Shown here piece after piece: positions 52,632 to 63,125 of a DNA stretch of 64,000 nt (the first letter of the stretch is position 1; each line of letters starts with the position of its first letter). The DNA lies in NCBI GenBank assembly GCA_017380635.1, contig JAFODP010000004.1, positions 86,828 through 150,827 on the forward strand. The letters are read 5' to 3'. The notes beneath the pieces are model-generated. The model saw only the letters and a list, made by a program, of their open reading frames with translations, made no database searches and was not told the origin of the DNA. The DNA comes from Bacteroidales bacterium. GTDB taxonomy: Bacteria; Bacteroidota; Bacteroidia; Bacteroidales; UBA1402. The translations under genes were made by a program, and so were the position numbers.

Positions 52632-55010
52632 TTATTTGACCACAACAATTTTAGCCACCACGCCGCTCTCACCATTTTCGTCGGCAGCATAGACCAGATA
52701 GACGCCACTCGACACGCGTTGCCCGTCGGGATGACAGAGATCCCAAAGGAATTGTCCGCCCAGAGAACGACCACTCGCCAACAGACGACCATGTATATCG
52801 GTGATTTTCACCTGAGAGTCTTCCATCAGACCTTGCACCACCACATCGCCCACAAATTCAGGACGCACCGGATTGGGATACACCGACACCGACGAGAAAG
52901 AAGCCTCGGCCTGCACCGCATCGCTACGATAAGAAACAATGCCCGCTTCGCTACCGATAAACACTTCGCCCGTCTGCGGATGCACTTCCACCGAGTAAAT
53001 CACATTCGATGGCAAAGGACTGTTTTCGGTGGTAAAATGATGAATGGTCTGCAAGCCGTCGGGCGACAGCAAATAAACACCATCGTTGTTGGTTGCCAGC
53101 CACTTGCGATTGGCCGCATCGACAGCAATATCGTAAATCATGGAAGCATTCAACAAATAATCGGCCTCCTGCGTACCATCGTTGCGAGGCACTTTAATGC
53201 GGGTAAACTGCGGCATGGAAACATCGAAAACACTGCGACTTCCCGAAATGAGCAAGGGACCGTAAGTACTTCCCACCCAAATGGTTCCATCCCGATCTTC
53301 GGCCATGCAATGCAGCGTATTGGTTTTCATCGCGTTACCATCCTGATCGAAAAATTGACTGATCCAGCGGGTTTTATCGTCGGAAGTATCTTCCAGTGTG
53401 CCATTGGTGTCGAGCACAAACAAACCGGTATTGATACGTTCCGAGTTCATCCAAACCAAGCCGTTAGAGGCAAAGAGAATATCATCCCACGAAGGCGCCA
53501 TGCCATCAAAATTCGAATACTTCGGACTAAACCAAGATCCATCGGGACGGATAATATGAATAGCACCTTTGCCGTTTACCACATCCGAATTGAGTAGCCA
53601 AAAATTGCCGGCCGCATCGAACTGCGCACCATCCACACGAACATAACGTTCGGGCTGCGCATCGGGAAACATCGTCACCAATGGACTATTATTCCAAGTG
53701 TGGCAAGTCTGTAATGTTCCATTTCGAAATTCCATCAAGCCATCGCCCCAAGTGCAGACATAAAGATGATTTTCGTCGGCGGGATCCACAGCCATGCTGA
53801 CAACATCCTGAAAATCAAAACCCAATTTCGCTTTCAAACTAGCATTATCTTCAACCAAAGAAATCCATTCGCCATCTTGATAAGCAAAAACAGCGCCCTT
53901 CCATCGATAACGATCGCCCCAACGACCACCGCCCGTGGCATACAACTTGCCGTTTTGGACAAACATTTTCCAAGCCGTCTGACTATTCGGGCCATTGGGT
54001 TTGATATCATTTTCTACGCATACATAGGCATTGCGGGATTCATCGTATTGCCAGATAGACAAGCCTTTATCGCCGGAGGCCGCATACATCAACTCCTTAT
54101 CGAAACTTACCGTGGCATTTTCAAAATAATCGGCACTGATTTTTCCATCGAAAGCATATTGCAGCAAACTTCCATCCGGACGATGGATACCGCGCACAAA
54201 ACCTGGACGTTGCACCACCAGAAAACCATCATCGGCAAACAAATCCGTTATCTCGGAATAATATTGAAAACGCAGTTCCCAAGTTTGATCTTCGGGATAA
54301 TAACGATAGATTTTCATGCCGGTGCTCACCAACATTTCGCCATTCCAATCGAGCAAAGCATCGGGCACGGGCGAAACATACATCTTCAGCGGATGCCAAT
54401 AAGAGAAGTCCAAAAGGTTGTCCTGACGATAACCTCGGTACATACCTTGCTGGGTGCTGATATAGAAGCAAGTATCGCTGGGCAACACGTCCTTCACCTG
54501 CAAATAACTGCCATCCGCCTGACGAAACATATAGCTTTCGCTGATTTCCTGACGTTGCATATCCACTTGCAGAAAACCGATATTGGTAGCCAGATATGCA
54601 TATTTACCATCCATGCGCACACGATTCACACTTTTATCGGCGGCAATAGCTTTATCTCGATAATCCGAAAGGTTGAAAACGTCGCCATCGGCGTTGCAAA
54701 GATCCATATTGCCATCGGAGTAGACCAACAGCAAAGTATGCGTTTCCTGGTTATAAGCCATCTGCGACACATGATTGCCATTCAGCGCGTTCAAAACGCT
54801 GTAAGTCTGGATAACACCGTCTTGCGGATCGTAAGAGAAAAGATGTCCGTTGGAAAGCGCATACACTGCCTGAGGCGTATGCAAAACTTTATCGACCGAA
54901 GCATAAGAAAAATGGGTACGCCACTCGCCTATACGCATCTGCGCCACAAGCAATTGCGGCAACAGACAAGCCAGCAACAAAGCCCACCATATTTTAGCCG
55001 GTCGATTCAT
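52632..55010 (-). CDS. Double beta-propeller (Reg_prop repeats) protein with a T9SS CTD; PorZ-like
   Basis: 792 aa with a signal peptide. Regulator-propeller repeats (DGTIWVGSTYGPLLI, NRKWLATNNDGVYLLS, TGEVFIGSEAGIVSY). C-terminal tail SVYPNPVRPEF...VSSGVYLVYAADENGESGVVAKIVVVK is a T9SS sorting domain. Size and architecture match PorZ, but orthology is not verified. Confidence 0.55.
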   Translation of the reverse strand: MNRPAKIWWALLLACLLPQLLVAQMRIGEWRTHFSYASVDKVLHTPQAVYALSNGHLFSYDPQDGVIQTYSVLNALNGNHVSQMAYNQETHTLLLVYSDGNMDLCNADGDVFNLSDYRDKAIAADKSVNRVRMDGKYAYLATNIGFLQVDMQRQEISESYMFRQADGSYLQVKDVLPSDTCFYISTQQGMYRGYRQDNLLDFSYWHPLKMYVSPVPDALLDWNGEMLVSTGMKIYRYYPEDQTWELRFQYYSEITDLFADDGFLVVQRPGFVRGIHRPDGSLLQYAFDGKISADYFENATVSFDKELMYAASGDKGLSIWQYDESRNAYVCVENDIKPNGPNSQTAWKMFVQNGKLYATGGGRWGDRYRWKGAVFAYQDGEWISLVEDNASLKAKLGFDFQDVVSMAVDPADENHLYVCTWGDGLMEFRNGTLQTCHTWNNSPLVTMFPDAQPERYVRVDGAQFDAAGNFWLLNSDVVNGKGAIHIIRPDGSWFSPKYSNFDGMAPSWDDILFASNGLVWMNSERINTGLFVLDTNGTLEDTSDDKTRWISQFFDQDGNAMKTNTLHCMAEDRDGTIWVGSTYGPLLISGSRSVFDVSMPQFTRIKVPRNDGTQEADYLLNASMIYDIAVDAANRKWLATNNDGVYLLSPDGLQTIHHFTTENSPLPSNVIYSVEVHPQTGEVFIGSEAGIVSYRSDAVQAEASFSSVSVYPNPVRPEFVGDVVVQGLMEDSQVKITDIHGRLLASGRSLGGQFLWDLCHPDGQRVSSGVYLVYAADENGESGVVAKIVVVK

Positions 55011-55022
55011 CTGAAGAGAAAA

Positions 55023-56546
55023 TTATCTAGGTTGTTGCAACATAAAGTCGGCAAAAGCCTGCACCGCACGTCCACGATGACTGATTTTGTTCTTTTCATC
55101 CGGACCCATTTCGGCAAAAGTCTGGTCGTAACCTTCGGGACGGAACACAGGATCGTAGCCGAAACCCTTTTCACCGATGCGGTCGGGCGTAATTTCGCCA
55201 CGAACTTCACCTTCGAAGAGATATTCCTTACCTCCCTGAATGAGCGCAATCACCGTTCTGAAACGCGCCTTGCGGTTTTCCACACCTTTCATAACCTGCA
55301 GAATCTTATCGACATTCTGTTCGAAAGTACAGCCTTCTCCGGCAAAACGAGCGGTATAAACACCGGGGCCGCCATCCAATGCTTCCACTTCGAGGCCCGT
55401 ATCGTCGGCAAAACAGTCCAAGCCAAATTTTTCGTAGACATAACGTGCTTTCTGCAAAGCATTACCGGCCAAAGTATCGGAAGTTTCGGGAATATCTTCG
55501 TCGCAACCCAACTGCGAGAGGTTGATCAAATCGATTTTATCTTTCAGAATAGCAGACACTTCGGAAGTTTTGTGCGCATTGTGCGTAGCAAAGACCAATT
55601 TGGGCAAAGCCTTGGGCGCCACCGACAAAGCCAACATTTTTTCGATAGGTTTGATGGCTTCTTTGGCTATATTTTCGTCCACCGTCACTTCGGGATTTTC
55701 GTCGCGCAGACAGAGATAAAGTTTTTCCAGGGTATTCATGCGCATATAGTCGCAAACATTTTCGGAAGATGATGCCTGCGGTGGCGCGGGAATGAATTGT
55801 TTATCGGGACAAAGCTTGCGCATTTCGAACAGCACGCCCGATTCGGTAGCCACGATAAATTGCTTGGCATCAGACTTTTGTACGTAAGTAATGAGCGCCG
55901 CTGTAGAACCCACATAATCGGAGAAATCGGCAATGGCCTGTTTGCACTCGGGATGCGAAATCACTTTGGCATCGGGATATTGTGCCTTGAGTTCCTTGAT
56001 TTTTTCGAGCGAGAATTGTTCGTGCACATGACAAGCGCCATCCCACAGCAACATCTGACGTCCCGTGAGCATATTGATGTAATTTCCCAAGTTACGGTCG
56101 GGACCGAAAATAATCTTGGCATCCTTGGGGAAAGATTCCACTATCTGTACGGCATTGGTAGAAGTCACCACCACATCGGTAAGCGCTTTCACGGCCGCCG
56201 AAGTATTCACATAACTGATTACCGTGTAGCCGGGATGTTCGTCCTTATATTTTTTCAAAGCAGCCGCCTGACAACTATCGGCCAAAGAGCAACCGGCCTT
56301 TTCGTCGGGAATGAGCACTTTTTTATCGGGAGAGATGATTTTTGCTGTTTCGGCCATGAAATGCACGCCGCACATCACAATAATATCGGCATCGGTTTTA
56401 GCCGCTTGTTGCGCCAAAGCCAAGCTGTCGCCAATGAAATCGGCTATATCCTGTATGTCTTTTTCCTGATAATAATGGGCCATGATGACGGCCTTCTTTT
56501 CACGACGCAGACGATTGATCTCTGCTACCAAAAATTCTTTTTCCAT
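55023..56546 (-). CDS. nadA: Quinolinate synthase fused in-frame to RdgB/HAM1 non-canonical NTP pyrophosphatase
   Basis: Start taken at [27 protein letters not shown] (NadA). The NadA body ends ...[12 protein letters not shown] 7-aa linker VAPKALP follows, then [15 protein letters not shown]...FGYDPVF...ISHRGRA (RdgB, approx 192 aa, nt 55026-55601). No stop codon at the junction near 55602. Confidence 0.85.
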   Translation of the reverse strand: MEKEFLVAEINRLRREKKAVIMAHYYQEKDIQDIADFIGDSLALAQQAAKTDADIIVMCGVHFMAETAKIISPDKKVLIPDEKAGCSLADSCQAAALKKYKDEHPGYTVISYVNTSAAVKALTDVVVTSTNAVQIVESFPKDAKIIFGPDRNLGNYINMLTGRQMLLWDGACHVHEQFSLEKIKELKAQYPDAKVISHPECKQAIADFSDYVGSTAALITYVQKSDAKQFIVATESGVLFEMRKLCPDKQFIPAPPQASSSENVCDYMRMNTLEKLYLCLRDENPEVTVDENIAKEAIKPIEKMLALSVAPKALPKLVFATHNAHKTSEVSAILKDKIDLINLSQLGCDEDIPETSDTLAGNALQKARYVYEKFGLDCFADDTGLEVEALDGGPGVYTARFAGEGCTFEQNVDKILQVMKGVENRKARFRTVIALIQGGKEYLFEGEVRGEITPDRIGEKGFGYDPVFRPEGYDQTFAEMGPDEKNKISHRGRAVQAFADFMLQQPR

Positions 56547-56742
56547 AAACACTTGCAATGAAGTAGCAAAAATAATGTATGGCAGTAAGAGAACAAAATT
56601 ACACACCTTAATTTTTCAAGCTATTTTAAAATGCATAACAATTGCATAATCATTGTATATAATATATTTATTCACAAAATTCTTGCATAGTCTTTTTCAT
56701 GATATTAATTTTGTCGCCGTTTTTGAAAGGACAGCAAAATCT

Positions 56743-56773
56743 TTTGAAAGCTCCGACAAATTCCATACATTTG
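56743..56773 (+). promoter_or_regulatory. Candidate Bacteroidota promoter for korAB
   Basis: TTTG (56743-56746), exactly 19 nt of spacer, then TACATTTG (56766-56773). It lies about 60 nt upstream of the korA ATG. Confidence 0.45.
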
Positions 56774-56831
56774 CCGGATTGATTTTTCTTTTGAAAACCA
56801 AGATAAAAGCAACATTATCAAGAGTAAAACT

Positions 56832-58673
56832 ATGATAGTAACCCACAAAGAATTGGACAAGGCTGTGATTCGCTTCTGCGGCGACTCCGGCGATGGTATG
56901 CAATTGACCGGAACGTTGTTCTCCACCTTGTCGGCCGTATTCGGCAACGAGATTTCCACTTTCCCCGATTATCCTGCAGAAATGCGCGCGCCTCAAGGCT
57001 CATTGAGCGGTGTTTCAGGTTATCAGGTGCACATCGGATCGTCCAGCATCTACACGCCCGGCGACTTGGCCGATGTACTGATTGCCATGAACCCTGCAGC
57101 GCTTAAAACCAACGTGCGCAACATGAAGCGCGATGCCGTTGTCATCATCGACGAAGACAATTTCGATGCTTCGGGCTTGGAAAAAGCAGAATTCAAAACC
57201 GACGATCCCATCAAGGAACTGCATATCGAAAGCGCACAGATAGTAGCTGTGCCCATCACCTCGCTCACCAAGGCTAGTCTGGCCGACAGCGGCATGGACA
57301 ACAAGAGCATCCTGCGTTGCAAGAACATGTTTGCCTTGGGTTTGGTTTGTTGGCTGTTCAGCAAGCCTTTGGAAGAAGCAGAACATTTGCTCAAGAATAA
57401 ATTCGGTAAGAAGCCGGCGCTGTTGGAAGCCAACCTCAAAGTAATGAACGACGGCTACAACTACGGACACAATATCCACGCTTCGGTATCTACTTATAGC
57501 GTAAATCCTTCGAACCTGGAAAAAGGCATCTACACCGACGTCAAAGGAAATCAGGCCACCGCTTGGGGTTTGATTGCCGCCAGCGAAAAATCGGGACTGC
57601 CCTTGTTTTTGGGAAGTTATCCTATCACTCCTGCCACCGACATCCTGCACGAATTGTCGGCGCGTAAAGATTTGGGTGTCAAGACTGTTCAGGCCGAAGA
57701 CGAAATTGCCGGTATCTGTACCGCCATCGGTGCCGCCTATGCAGGCAACCTGGCCGCCACTTCTACTTCGGGTCCCGGTATCGCCTTGAAAAGCGAAGCT
57801 ATCGGTTTGGCCGTCATTGCCGAATTGCCTTTGGTTATTATCGATGTACAACGTGGTGGTCCATCAACCGGACTTCCCACCAAAGCCGAACAAACCGACC
57901 TTTTGCAAGCTCTTTACGGACGTAACGGAGAATCGCCCGCTGTGGTGATTGCCGCCAGCACGCCTGCCAACTGTTTCGATTATGCTTTCCAGGCTGCCAA
58001 AATCGCCTTGGAACACATGACGCCTGTTTTCTTGATGACCGATGCTTTCCTGGCCAATGGTTCTTCTGCTTGGAGAATTCCCGACATGAACGATTATCCC
58101 GCCATCAAGGCTCCTTTTGTAACGGAAGATATGCAAGGCAAATGGGCTCCTTATCTGCGTAACGACGAAAATCTGGTACGTTATTGGGCGGTTCCCGGCA
58201 CGGAAGGTTTTGCGCATCGTATCGGAGGTTTGGAAAAAGACGCCAAGAGCGGTATCATCTCTACCGATCCCGACAACCATCAATTGATGACCGATTTGCG
58301 TCAGGCCAAAATTGACAAGATTGCCGATTACATCCCCGAATTGAAAGTGGAAGGCAATGCCGATGCCGATGTTCTGATTGTCGGTTGGGGTGGCACTTAT
58401 GGTCATTTGTACGCAGCCGTAGAAGAGCTCAATGCCGAAGGAAAAGCTTGCGCATTGGCTCATTTCAACTATATCAACCCGCTGCCCAAGAATACGCAAG
58501 AAGTTTTGTCGAAATACAAGAAAGTGTTGGTATGCGAATTGAACAATGGTCAGTTTGCTGCCTATTTGCGCTCCAAAATGCCTTTCCATCTCGACATGAC
58601 TCAGTTGAACAAGGTACAGGCGCAACCTTTCTCTGTTGAAGAAGTTAAAAACGCCGCCAACCAATTGTTTTAA
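56832..58673 (+). CDS. korA: 2-oxoglutarate/2-oxoacid:ferredoxin oxidoreductase subunit alpha
   Basis: 613 aa. N-terminus [15 protein letters not shown]...[11 protein letters not shown] is typical of the fused gamma/alpha KorA. Confidence 0.9.
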   Translation: MIVTHKELDKAVIRFCGDSGDGMQLTGTLFSTLSAVFGNEISTFPDYPAEMRAPQGSLSGVSGYQVHIGSSSIYTPGDLADVLIAMNPAALKTNVRNMKRDAVVIIDEDNFDASGLEKAEFKTDDPIKELHIESAQIVAVPITSLTKASLADSGMDNKSILRCKNMFALGLVCWLFSKPLEEAEHLLKNKFGKKPALLEANLKVMNDGYNYGHNIHASVSTYSVNPSNLEKGIYTDVKGNQATAWGLIAASEKSGLPLFLGSYPITPATDILHELSARKDLGVKTVQAEDEIAGICTAIGAAYAGNLAATSTSGPGIALKSEAIGLAVIAELPLVIIDVQRGGPSTGLPTKAEQTDLLQALYGRNGESPAVVIAASTPANCFDYAFQAAKIALEHMTPVFLMTDAFLANGSSAWRIPDMNDYPAIKAPFVTEDMQGKWAPYLRNDENLVRYWAVPGTEGFAHRIGGLEKDAKSGIISTDPDNHQLMTDLRQAKIDKIADYIPELKVEGNADADVLIVGWGGTYGHLYAAVEELNAEGKACALAHFNYINPLPKNTQEVLSKYKKVLVCELNNGQFAAYLRSKMPFHLDMTQLNKVQAQPFSVEEVKNAANQLF

Positions 58674-58692
58674 GGATTAAAGCTCAGATATT

Positions 58693-59706
58693 ATGGAACT
58701 TACATATGCTCCCAAAGATTATAAAAGCAGCGGCAAAGTAAAATGGTGTCCCGGTTGCGGCGACCACGCTGTACTCAATTCCTTGCATAAAGCTATGGCA
58801 GAATTGGGCGTTCAACCCGACAAGATTGCCGTTATTTCCGGTATCGGATGTTCGTCGCGTCTGCCTTATTATATGAATACTTACGGATTCCACACCATTC
58901 ACGGACGTGCGGCCGCCATTGCTACAGGCGTTAAAACAGCTAATCCCGAATTGAGTGTTTGGCAAGTGAGCGGCGACGGCGACTGTTTGGCTATCGGCGG
59001 AAATCACTTCATCCACGCGCTGCGTCGTAACATCGACATCAACATCATTTTGATGAACAACCGTATTTACGGTCTTACCAAAGGCCAATATTCACCCACT
59101 TCGCCCAAGGGATTCGTTTCAAAATCATCGCCTTACGGCACCGTAGAAGAACCTTTCCGTCCGGCAGAACTTTGCTTCGGCGCCCGCGGACAATTCTTTG
59201 CCCGTATCCTCGATGTCGATTTGAAAAATTCGCAGGAAGTGCTGATTAAAGCCGCCCAACACAAAGGTGCTTCGGTGGTGGAAGCTTTGGTAAACTGCGT
59301 TATCTTCAACGATGGCACACACAAGGACATTTCCGACAAGGAAACCCGCGACGACCGCGTCATTTATTTGCGCCATGGCGAAAAGATGATTTTCGGTAAG
59401 AATCGCGACAAAGGTCTGATGCTGGAAGGTCTGACGCTGAAAGTGGTTACCATCGGCGAAAAGGGCATCACCGAAGACGACATTCTTACCCACGATGCTC
59501 ATTGTCAGGACAGCACTTTGCATTTCAAACTTGGTACGATGTGCGGACCCGAATTTCCCGTAGCCTTAGGCGTTATCCGCGATGTAGAAGCGCCCACTTA
59601 CGAAGCCGCAGTCGAAGAACAGATTGCCGAAGTACAGGCCAAACGTCCGCAGGTAAAATGTCTGAACGACTTTTTCAAAACCCTCGAAACTTGGGAAATC
59701 AAATAA
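58693..59706 (+). CDS. korB: 2-oxoglutarate/2-oxoacid:ferredoxin oxidoreductase subunit beta
   Basis: 337 aa. Contains WCPGCGDH, GIGCSSR and the TPP-binding GDGD motif. Confidence 0.9.
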   Translation: MELTYAPKDYKSSGKVKWCPGCGDHAVLNSLHKAMAELGVQPDKIAVISGIGCSSRLPYYMNTYGFHTIHGRAAAIATGVKTANPELSVWQVSGDGDCLAIGGNHFIHALRRNIDINIILMNNRIYGLTKGQYSPTSPKGFVSKSSPYGTVEEPFRPAELCFGARGQFFARILDVDLKNSQEVLIKAAQHKGASVVEALVNCVIFNDGTHKDISDKETRDDRVIYLRHGEKMIFGKNRDKGLMLEGLTLKVVTIGEKGITEDDILTHDAHCQDSTLHFKLGTMCGPEFPVALGVIRDVEAPTYEAAVEEQIAEVQAKRPQVKCLNDFFKTLETWEIK

Positions 59707-60908
59707 TGAAGAAAGCTCACAAACTATTATGTATCTTAGGGATAGCGCTTATGTGCTGTCCCTTTTACACTTCTGCACAGAAGCAGAAAAAGCCTTTCGT
59801 TTGGCAAGAATCGTCCACCGACACTTGCTTGCATTTCGGTTTGCAAAGAGAAATGCCGGTTTTTCTGAACCAGGCTCGCGAACAACTAACTTTTCCGATG
59901 GCTTGGCAAAACCAGCCCAAGAAAACCAAGTATAACAAATGGCGCAAGGCTGCCAGACAAGTGGTGTTCGATTGCATGGGCACGCTGCCTCCCACCACCA
60001 AAGACTTCGATTGCAAAATAGTGGATAGCGAAGACCGCGGCAAATACATCGCATACAAAGTCGAACTCAACATTTCCGACTGGGAACGCATTCCGGCTTA
60101 CTTGCTGCGCCCCAAAGGCGAAGGCAAATTTCCCGCCGTGTTGATGTTGCACGATCATGGCGCCAAGTTTTCTATCGGTAAAGAAAAAGTAATCAAGCCT
60201 TTCAACGTCAGCGAAGCCGTGATGAAAGACGCCGAAAGTTGGTCGGTGACTTGCTACGACGGCAATTTTGTGGGCGATTTCTACGCTGAGAATGGTTATG
60301 TGGTTTTCGCCATCGATGCGCTGTTTTGGAGCGAACGCGGACGCAAGGAAGGCATCGATTACAACGCACAACAAGCCTTGGCCTCCAACCTGCAACAATT
60401 GGGCATGAGCCTTTGCGGCGTCATCACCGCCGACGACATCCGTTCGGCAGAATTCCTGCAATCGCTTGATTATGTGGACAAAAACAGAATTTTCAGCGTA
60501 GGTCTTTCCATGGGATCTCACCGCAGTTGGATGTTAAATGCTTGCAGCGATATCGTAAAAGGCGGCGTAGCGGTTTGTTGGATCACCAACAGCGATCAGC
60601 AGATGAGCAGCGAAAATCACCGCAACACCGGCGGTAGCGTCTACACCATGTCTTTGCCTTTCATCCGCAGTTACCTCGATTTTCCGCATGTGGCCAGCAT
60701 CGCTTGTCCGAAACCTATGTATTTCATCAATGGCGACCACGACAAACTTTTCCCGCTGAAGGGCGTGCTGGAAGCACACGAAACGATGCGCGAAGTCTGG
60801 GAAAGCCAAGGCGCGGGCGAACATTTCCGCAGCGAAATCTGGGATGCTCCGCATTTCTTCAGCAAGGGTATGTTGGAAGAAAGCCTGAAATTCTTGAATC
60901 AATATTGA
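59706..60908 (+). CDS. Secreted alpha/beta hydrolase (dienelactone-hydrolase/esterase-like)
   Basis: Start at the in-frame ATG at 59706 (MKKAHKLLCILGIALMCCPFYTSAQ), overlapping the korB TAA by 1 nt. Nucleophile elbow GLSMGS. Contains LMLHDHG and a late GDHDKLFP. Confidence 0.7.
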   Translation: MKKAHKLLCILGIALMCCPFYTSAQKQKKPFVWQESSTDTCLHFGLQREMPVFLNQAREQLTFPMAWQNQPKKTKYNKWRKAARQVVFDCMGTLPPTTKDFDCKIVDSEDRGKYIAYKVELNISDWERIPAYLLRPKGEGKFPAVLMLHDHGAKFSIGKEKVIKPFNVSEAVMKDAESWSVTCYDGNFVGDFYAENGYVVFAIDALFWSERGRKEGIDYNAQQALASNLQQLGMSLCGVITADDIRSAEFLQSLDYVDKNRIFSVGLSMGSHRSWMLNACSDIVKGGVAVCWITNSDQQMSSENHRNTGGSVYTMSLPFIRSYLDFPHVASIACPKPMYFINGDHDKLFPLKGVLEAHETMREVWESQGAGEHFRSEIWDAPHFFSKGMLEESLKFLNQY

Positions 60909-60929
60909 TAGCCATTCATCGAATATCTG

Positions 60930-60968
60930 AAGGCTGTGTCGATTTTTTTCGGTACAGCCTTTTTTTTA
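60930..60968 (+). terminator. Rho-independent terminator after the hydrolase gene
   Basis: AAGGCTGT (60930-60937) / ACAGCCTT (60954-60961), followed by a T7 run. Confidence 0.5.
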
Positions 60969-61146
60969 TAACTTCGACTTTCTGCGGCATCTCGTCGCTT
61001 TAACTTTATTTAAGAATATCGCCTTCATATTTCTTTAGAATCCATCAATTATGAATTTTCATACTCCGTTTTTGTTTATATCTTTGCAGTCGGAAAACTT
61101 TGGTTTTCATAAAACGAGATAGTATTGAATAACATAATTAATTTTA

Positions 61147-62754
61147 TTGAAAATGAACAACTTAGATTTGACGAAGTACGGAATCACAGGTACTCCTGAA
61201 ATCGTACACAACCCCTCTTACGAACAATTGTTCGCCGACGAAACCAACCCCGCATTGGAAGGTTTTGAAAAAGGTCAGGAAACTGAACTGGGTGCTGTTA
61301 ATGTAATGACTGGTATTTACACCGGACGCTCTCCTAAAGACAAATTCATCGTTATGGATGAAAACTCTAAGGATACCGTATGGTGGACTTCTGACGAATA
61401 TAAGAACGACAACAAGCCCGTTAGCGAAGCTGCTTGGGCAGAATTGAAGAAAATTGCTCAAAACGAATTGTCTAACAAGAAATTGTATGTAGTTGACTGC
61501 TTCTGCGGTGCTAACGCTGACACTCGTATGGCTGTTCGCTTCATCATGGAAGTGGCTTGGCAAGCTCATTTCGTAAAGAACATGTTCATCCAACCTTCTG
61601 AAGAAGAATTGGCTAACTTCGAACCCAACTTCATCGTTTACAACGCTTCTAAGGCTAAAGTTGAAAACTACAAAGAACTCGGCTTGAACTCTGAAACCGC
61701 TGTTGTATTCAACATCACCAGCCGCGAACAGGTTATCATCAACACTTGGTACGGTGGCGAAATGAAGAAAGGTATGTTCTCTATGATGAACTACTACTTG
61801 CCTTTGAAGGGTATCGCTTCTATGCACTGCTCTGCCAACACCAACGAAAAGGGAGAAACCGCTATCTTCTTCGGTTTGTCAGGTACTGGTAAGACCACTC
61901 TTTCTACCGACCCCAAACGCATGCTTATCGGTGACGACGAACACGGCTGGGACGACAACGGTATCTTCAACTTCGAAGGTGGTTGCTACGCCAAGGTTAT
62001 CAAGCTCGACAAGGAAAGCGAACCCGATATCTACAACGCTATCCGTCGCAATGCTTTGCTCGAAAACGTTACCGTTGACGAAAACGGCAAGATCGATTTC
62101 GACGACAAGAGCGTTACCGAAAACACCCGCGTTTCTTATCCTATCAACCACATCAACAACATCGTGAAGCCCGTTTCTGCTGCTCCCGCTGCTCAGAACG
62201 TTATCTTCTTGAGTGCTGATGCTTTCGGCGTATTGCCTCCCGTTTCTATCTTGACTCCCGAACAGACCAAGTATTATTTCTTGAGTGGTTTCACCGCCAA
62301 GTTGGCCGGTACCGAACGTGGTATCACCGAACCCACTCCTACTTTCTCTGCTTGTTTCGGTCAGGCTTTCTTGGAATTGCATCCTACCAAATATGCTGAA
62401 GAGTTGGTAAAACGTATGGAAAAATCTGGTGCTAAGGCTTACTTGGTGAACACTGGTTGGAATGGTACCGGCAAGCGTATCTCTATCCGCGACACCCGTG
62501 GTATCATCGACGCTATCTTGGATGGTTCTATCAAGACCGCTCCTACCAAGACCATTCCTATGTTCAACTTCGAAGTTCCCACCGAATTGCCCGGTGTTGA
62601 TCCCGCTATCCTCGATCCTCGCGACACTTACGAATGCGCTTGTCAATGGGAAGAAAAGGCTAAGGATTTGGCTGGTCGCTTCATCAAGAACTTTGCTAAG
62701 TACGAAGGTAACGAAGCTGGTAAGGCTTTGGTTGCTGCTGGTCCTAGCTTGTAA
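61147..62754 (+). CDS. pckA: Phosphoenolpyruvate carboxykinase (ATP)
   Basis: 535 aa. Motifs [21 protein letters not shown] and IGDDEHGW. Strongly biased codon usage (GCT/GGT/TTG/AAC). Confidence 0.95.
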   Translation: MKMNNLDLTKYGITGTPEIVHNPSYEQLFADETNPALEGFEKGQETELGAVNVMTGIYTGRSPKDKFIVMDENSKDTVWWTSDEYKNDNKPVSEAAWAELKKIAQNELSNKKLYVVDCFCGANADTRMAVRFIMEVAWQAHFVKNMFIQPSEEELANFEPNFIVYNASKAKVENYKELGLNSETAVVFNITSREQVIINTWYGGEMKKGMFSMMNYYLPLKGIASMHCSANTNEKGETAIFFGLSGTGKTTLSTDPKRMLIGDDEHGWDDNGIFNFEGGCYAKVIKLDKESEPDIYNAIRRNALLENVTVDENGKIDFDDKSVTENTRVSYPINHINNIVKPVSAAPAAQNVIFLSADAFGVLPPVSILTPEQTKYYFLSGFTAKLAGTERGITEPTPTFSACFGQAFLELHPTKYAEELVKRMEKSGAKAYLVNTGWNGTGKRISIRDTRGIIDAILDGSIKTAPTKTIPMFNFEVPTELPGVDPAILDPRDTYECACQWEEKAKDLAGRFIKNFAKYEGNEAGKALVAAGPSL

Positions 62755-62805
62755 TTTCGAACAATCGCCAGGTCTCCTTTGCGGGAGGCTTGGTTTGATG
62801 ATAAG

Positions 62806-62840
62806 AGAGGGCTCGCGCTGCGCGCGAGCCCTCTTCTTTT
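62806..62840 (+). terminator. Rho-independent terminator of pckA
   Basis: AGAGGGCTCGCG (62806-62817) / CGCGAGCCCTCT (62823-62834), followed by TCTTTT. Confidence 0.65.
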
Positions 62841-62867
62841 CCACTCACCACAAACCAACTCCACTCA

Positions 62868-62992
62868 AGCAAATCACGCACCAAGCTCAAGCGAATCAAG
62901 CACCCTGCTCAGCAAATCAAGCACCCAGCTCAGCAAATCAAGCACCAAGCTCAGGCAAATCACGCTCTAGACACAGCAAATCAAGCTCCTGC
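62868..62992. repeat. Imperfect tandem repeat of about 21 bp, 5-6 units, intergenic
   Basis: Units: AGCAAATCACGCACCAAGCTC (62868), AAGCGAATCAAGCACCCTGCTC (62889), AGCAAATCAAGCACCCAGCTC (62911), AGCAAATCAAGCACCAAGCTC (62932), a truncated AGGCAAATCACGCTC (62953), and AGCAAATCAAGCTCCTGC (62975). Confidence 0.8.
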
Positions 62993-63044
62993 AAACAGTG
63001 CCAGTTGGCTCGACGAAAAAGTAAGCTCACAATCGAAGCAGAGC

Positions 63045-63075
63045 ACAAAAAAAGCGACTAAAAAAATAGCCGCTT
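63045..63075 (-). terminator. Candidate rho-independent terminator of serS
   Basis: On the minus strand: AAGCGGCTA, a loop, then TAGTCGCTT (9 bp including one G-U pair), followed by T7. It lies about 50 nt downstream of the serS stop. Confidence 0.5.
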
Positions 63076-63125
63076 TTCGTTTATCGTTAGAGATTTTCCG
63101 AGAAATCGAAATCTTTCCGCGAAGC

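Noticed and set aside
53766-55772. A 668-aa plus-strand ORF spanning the PorZ-like gene, the intergenic gap and part of nadA-rdgB.
   Set aside because: It is antisense to two strongly supported minus-strand genes and crosses their boundary. Its sequence is repetitive and H/I/F/R-rich with no domain signature.
62868-62992. Possible CRISPR array or coding repeat protein (ORFs 62462-63061+ and 62779-62970+).
   Set aside because: The repeats are contiguous with no spacers, so this is not a CRISPR array. The ORFs start inside pckA or behind its terminator and consist only of the repeat translation.
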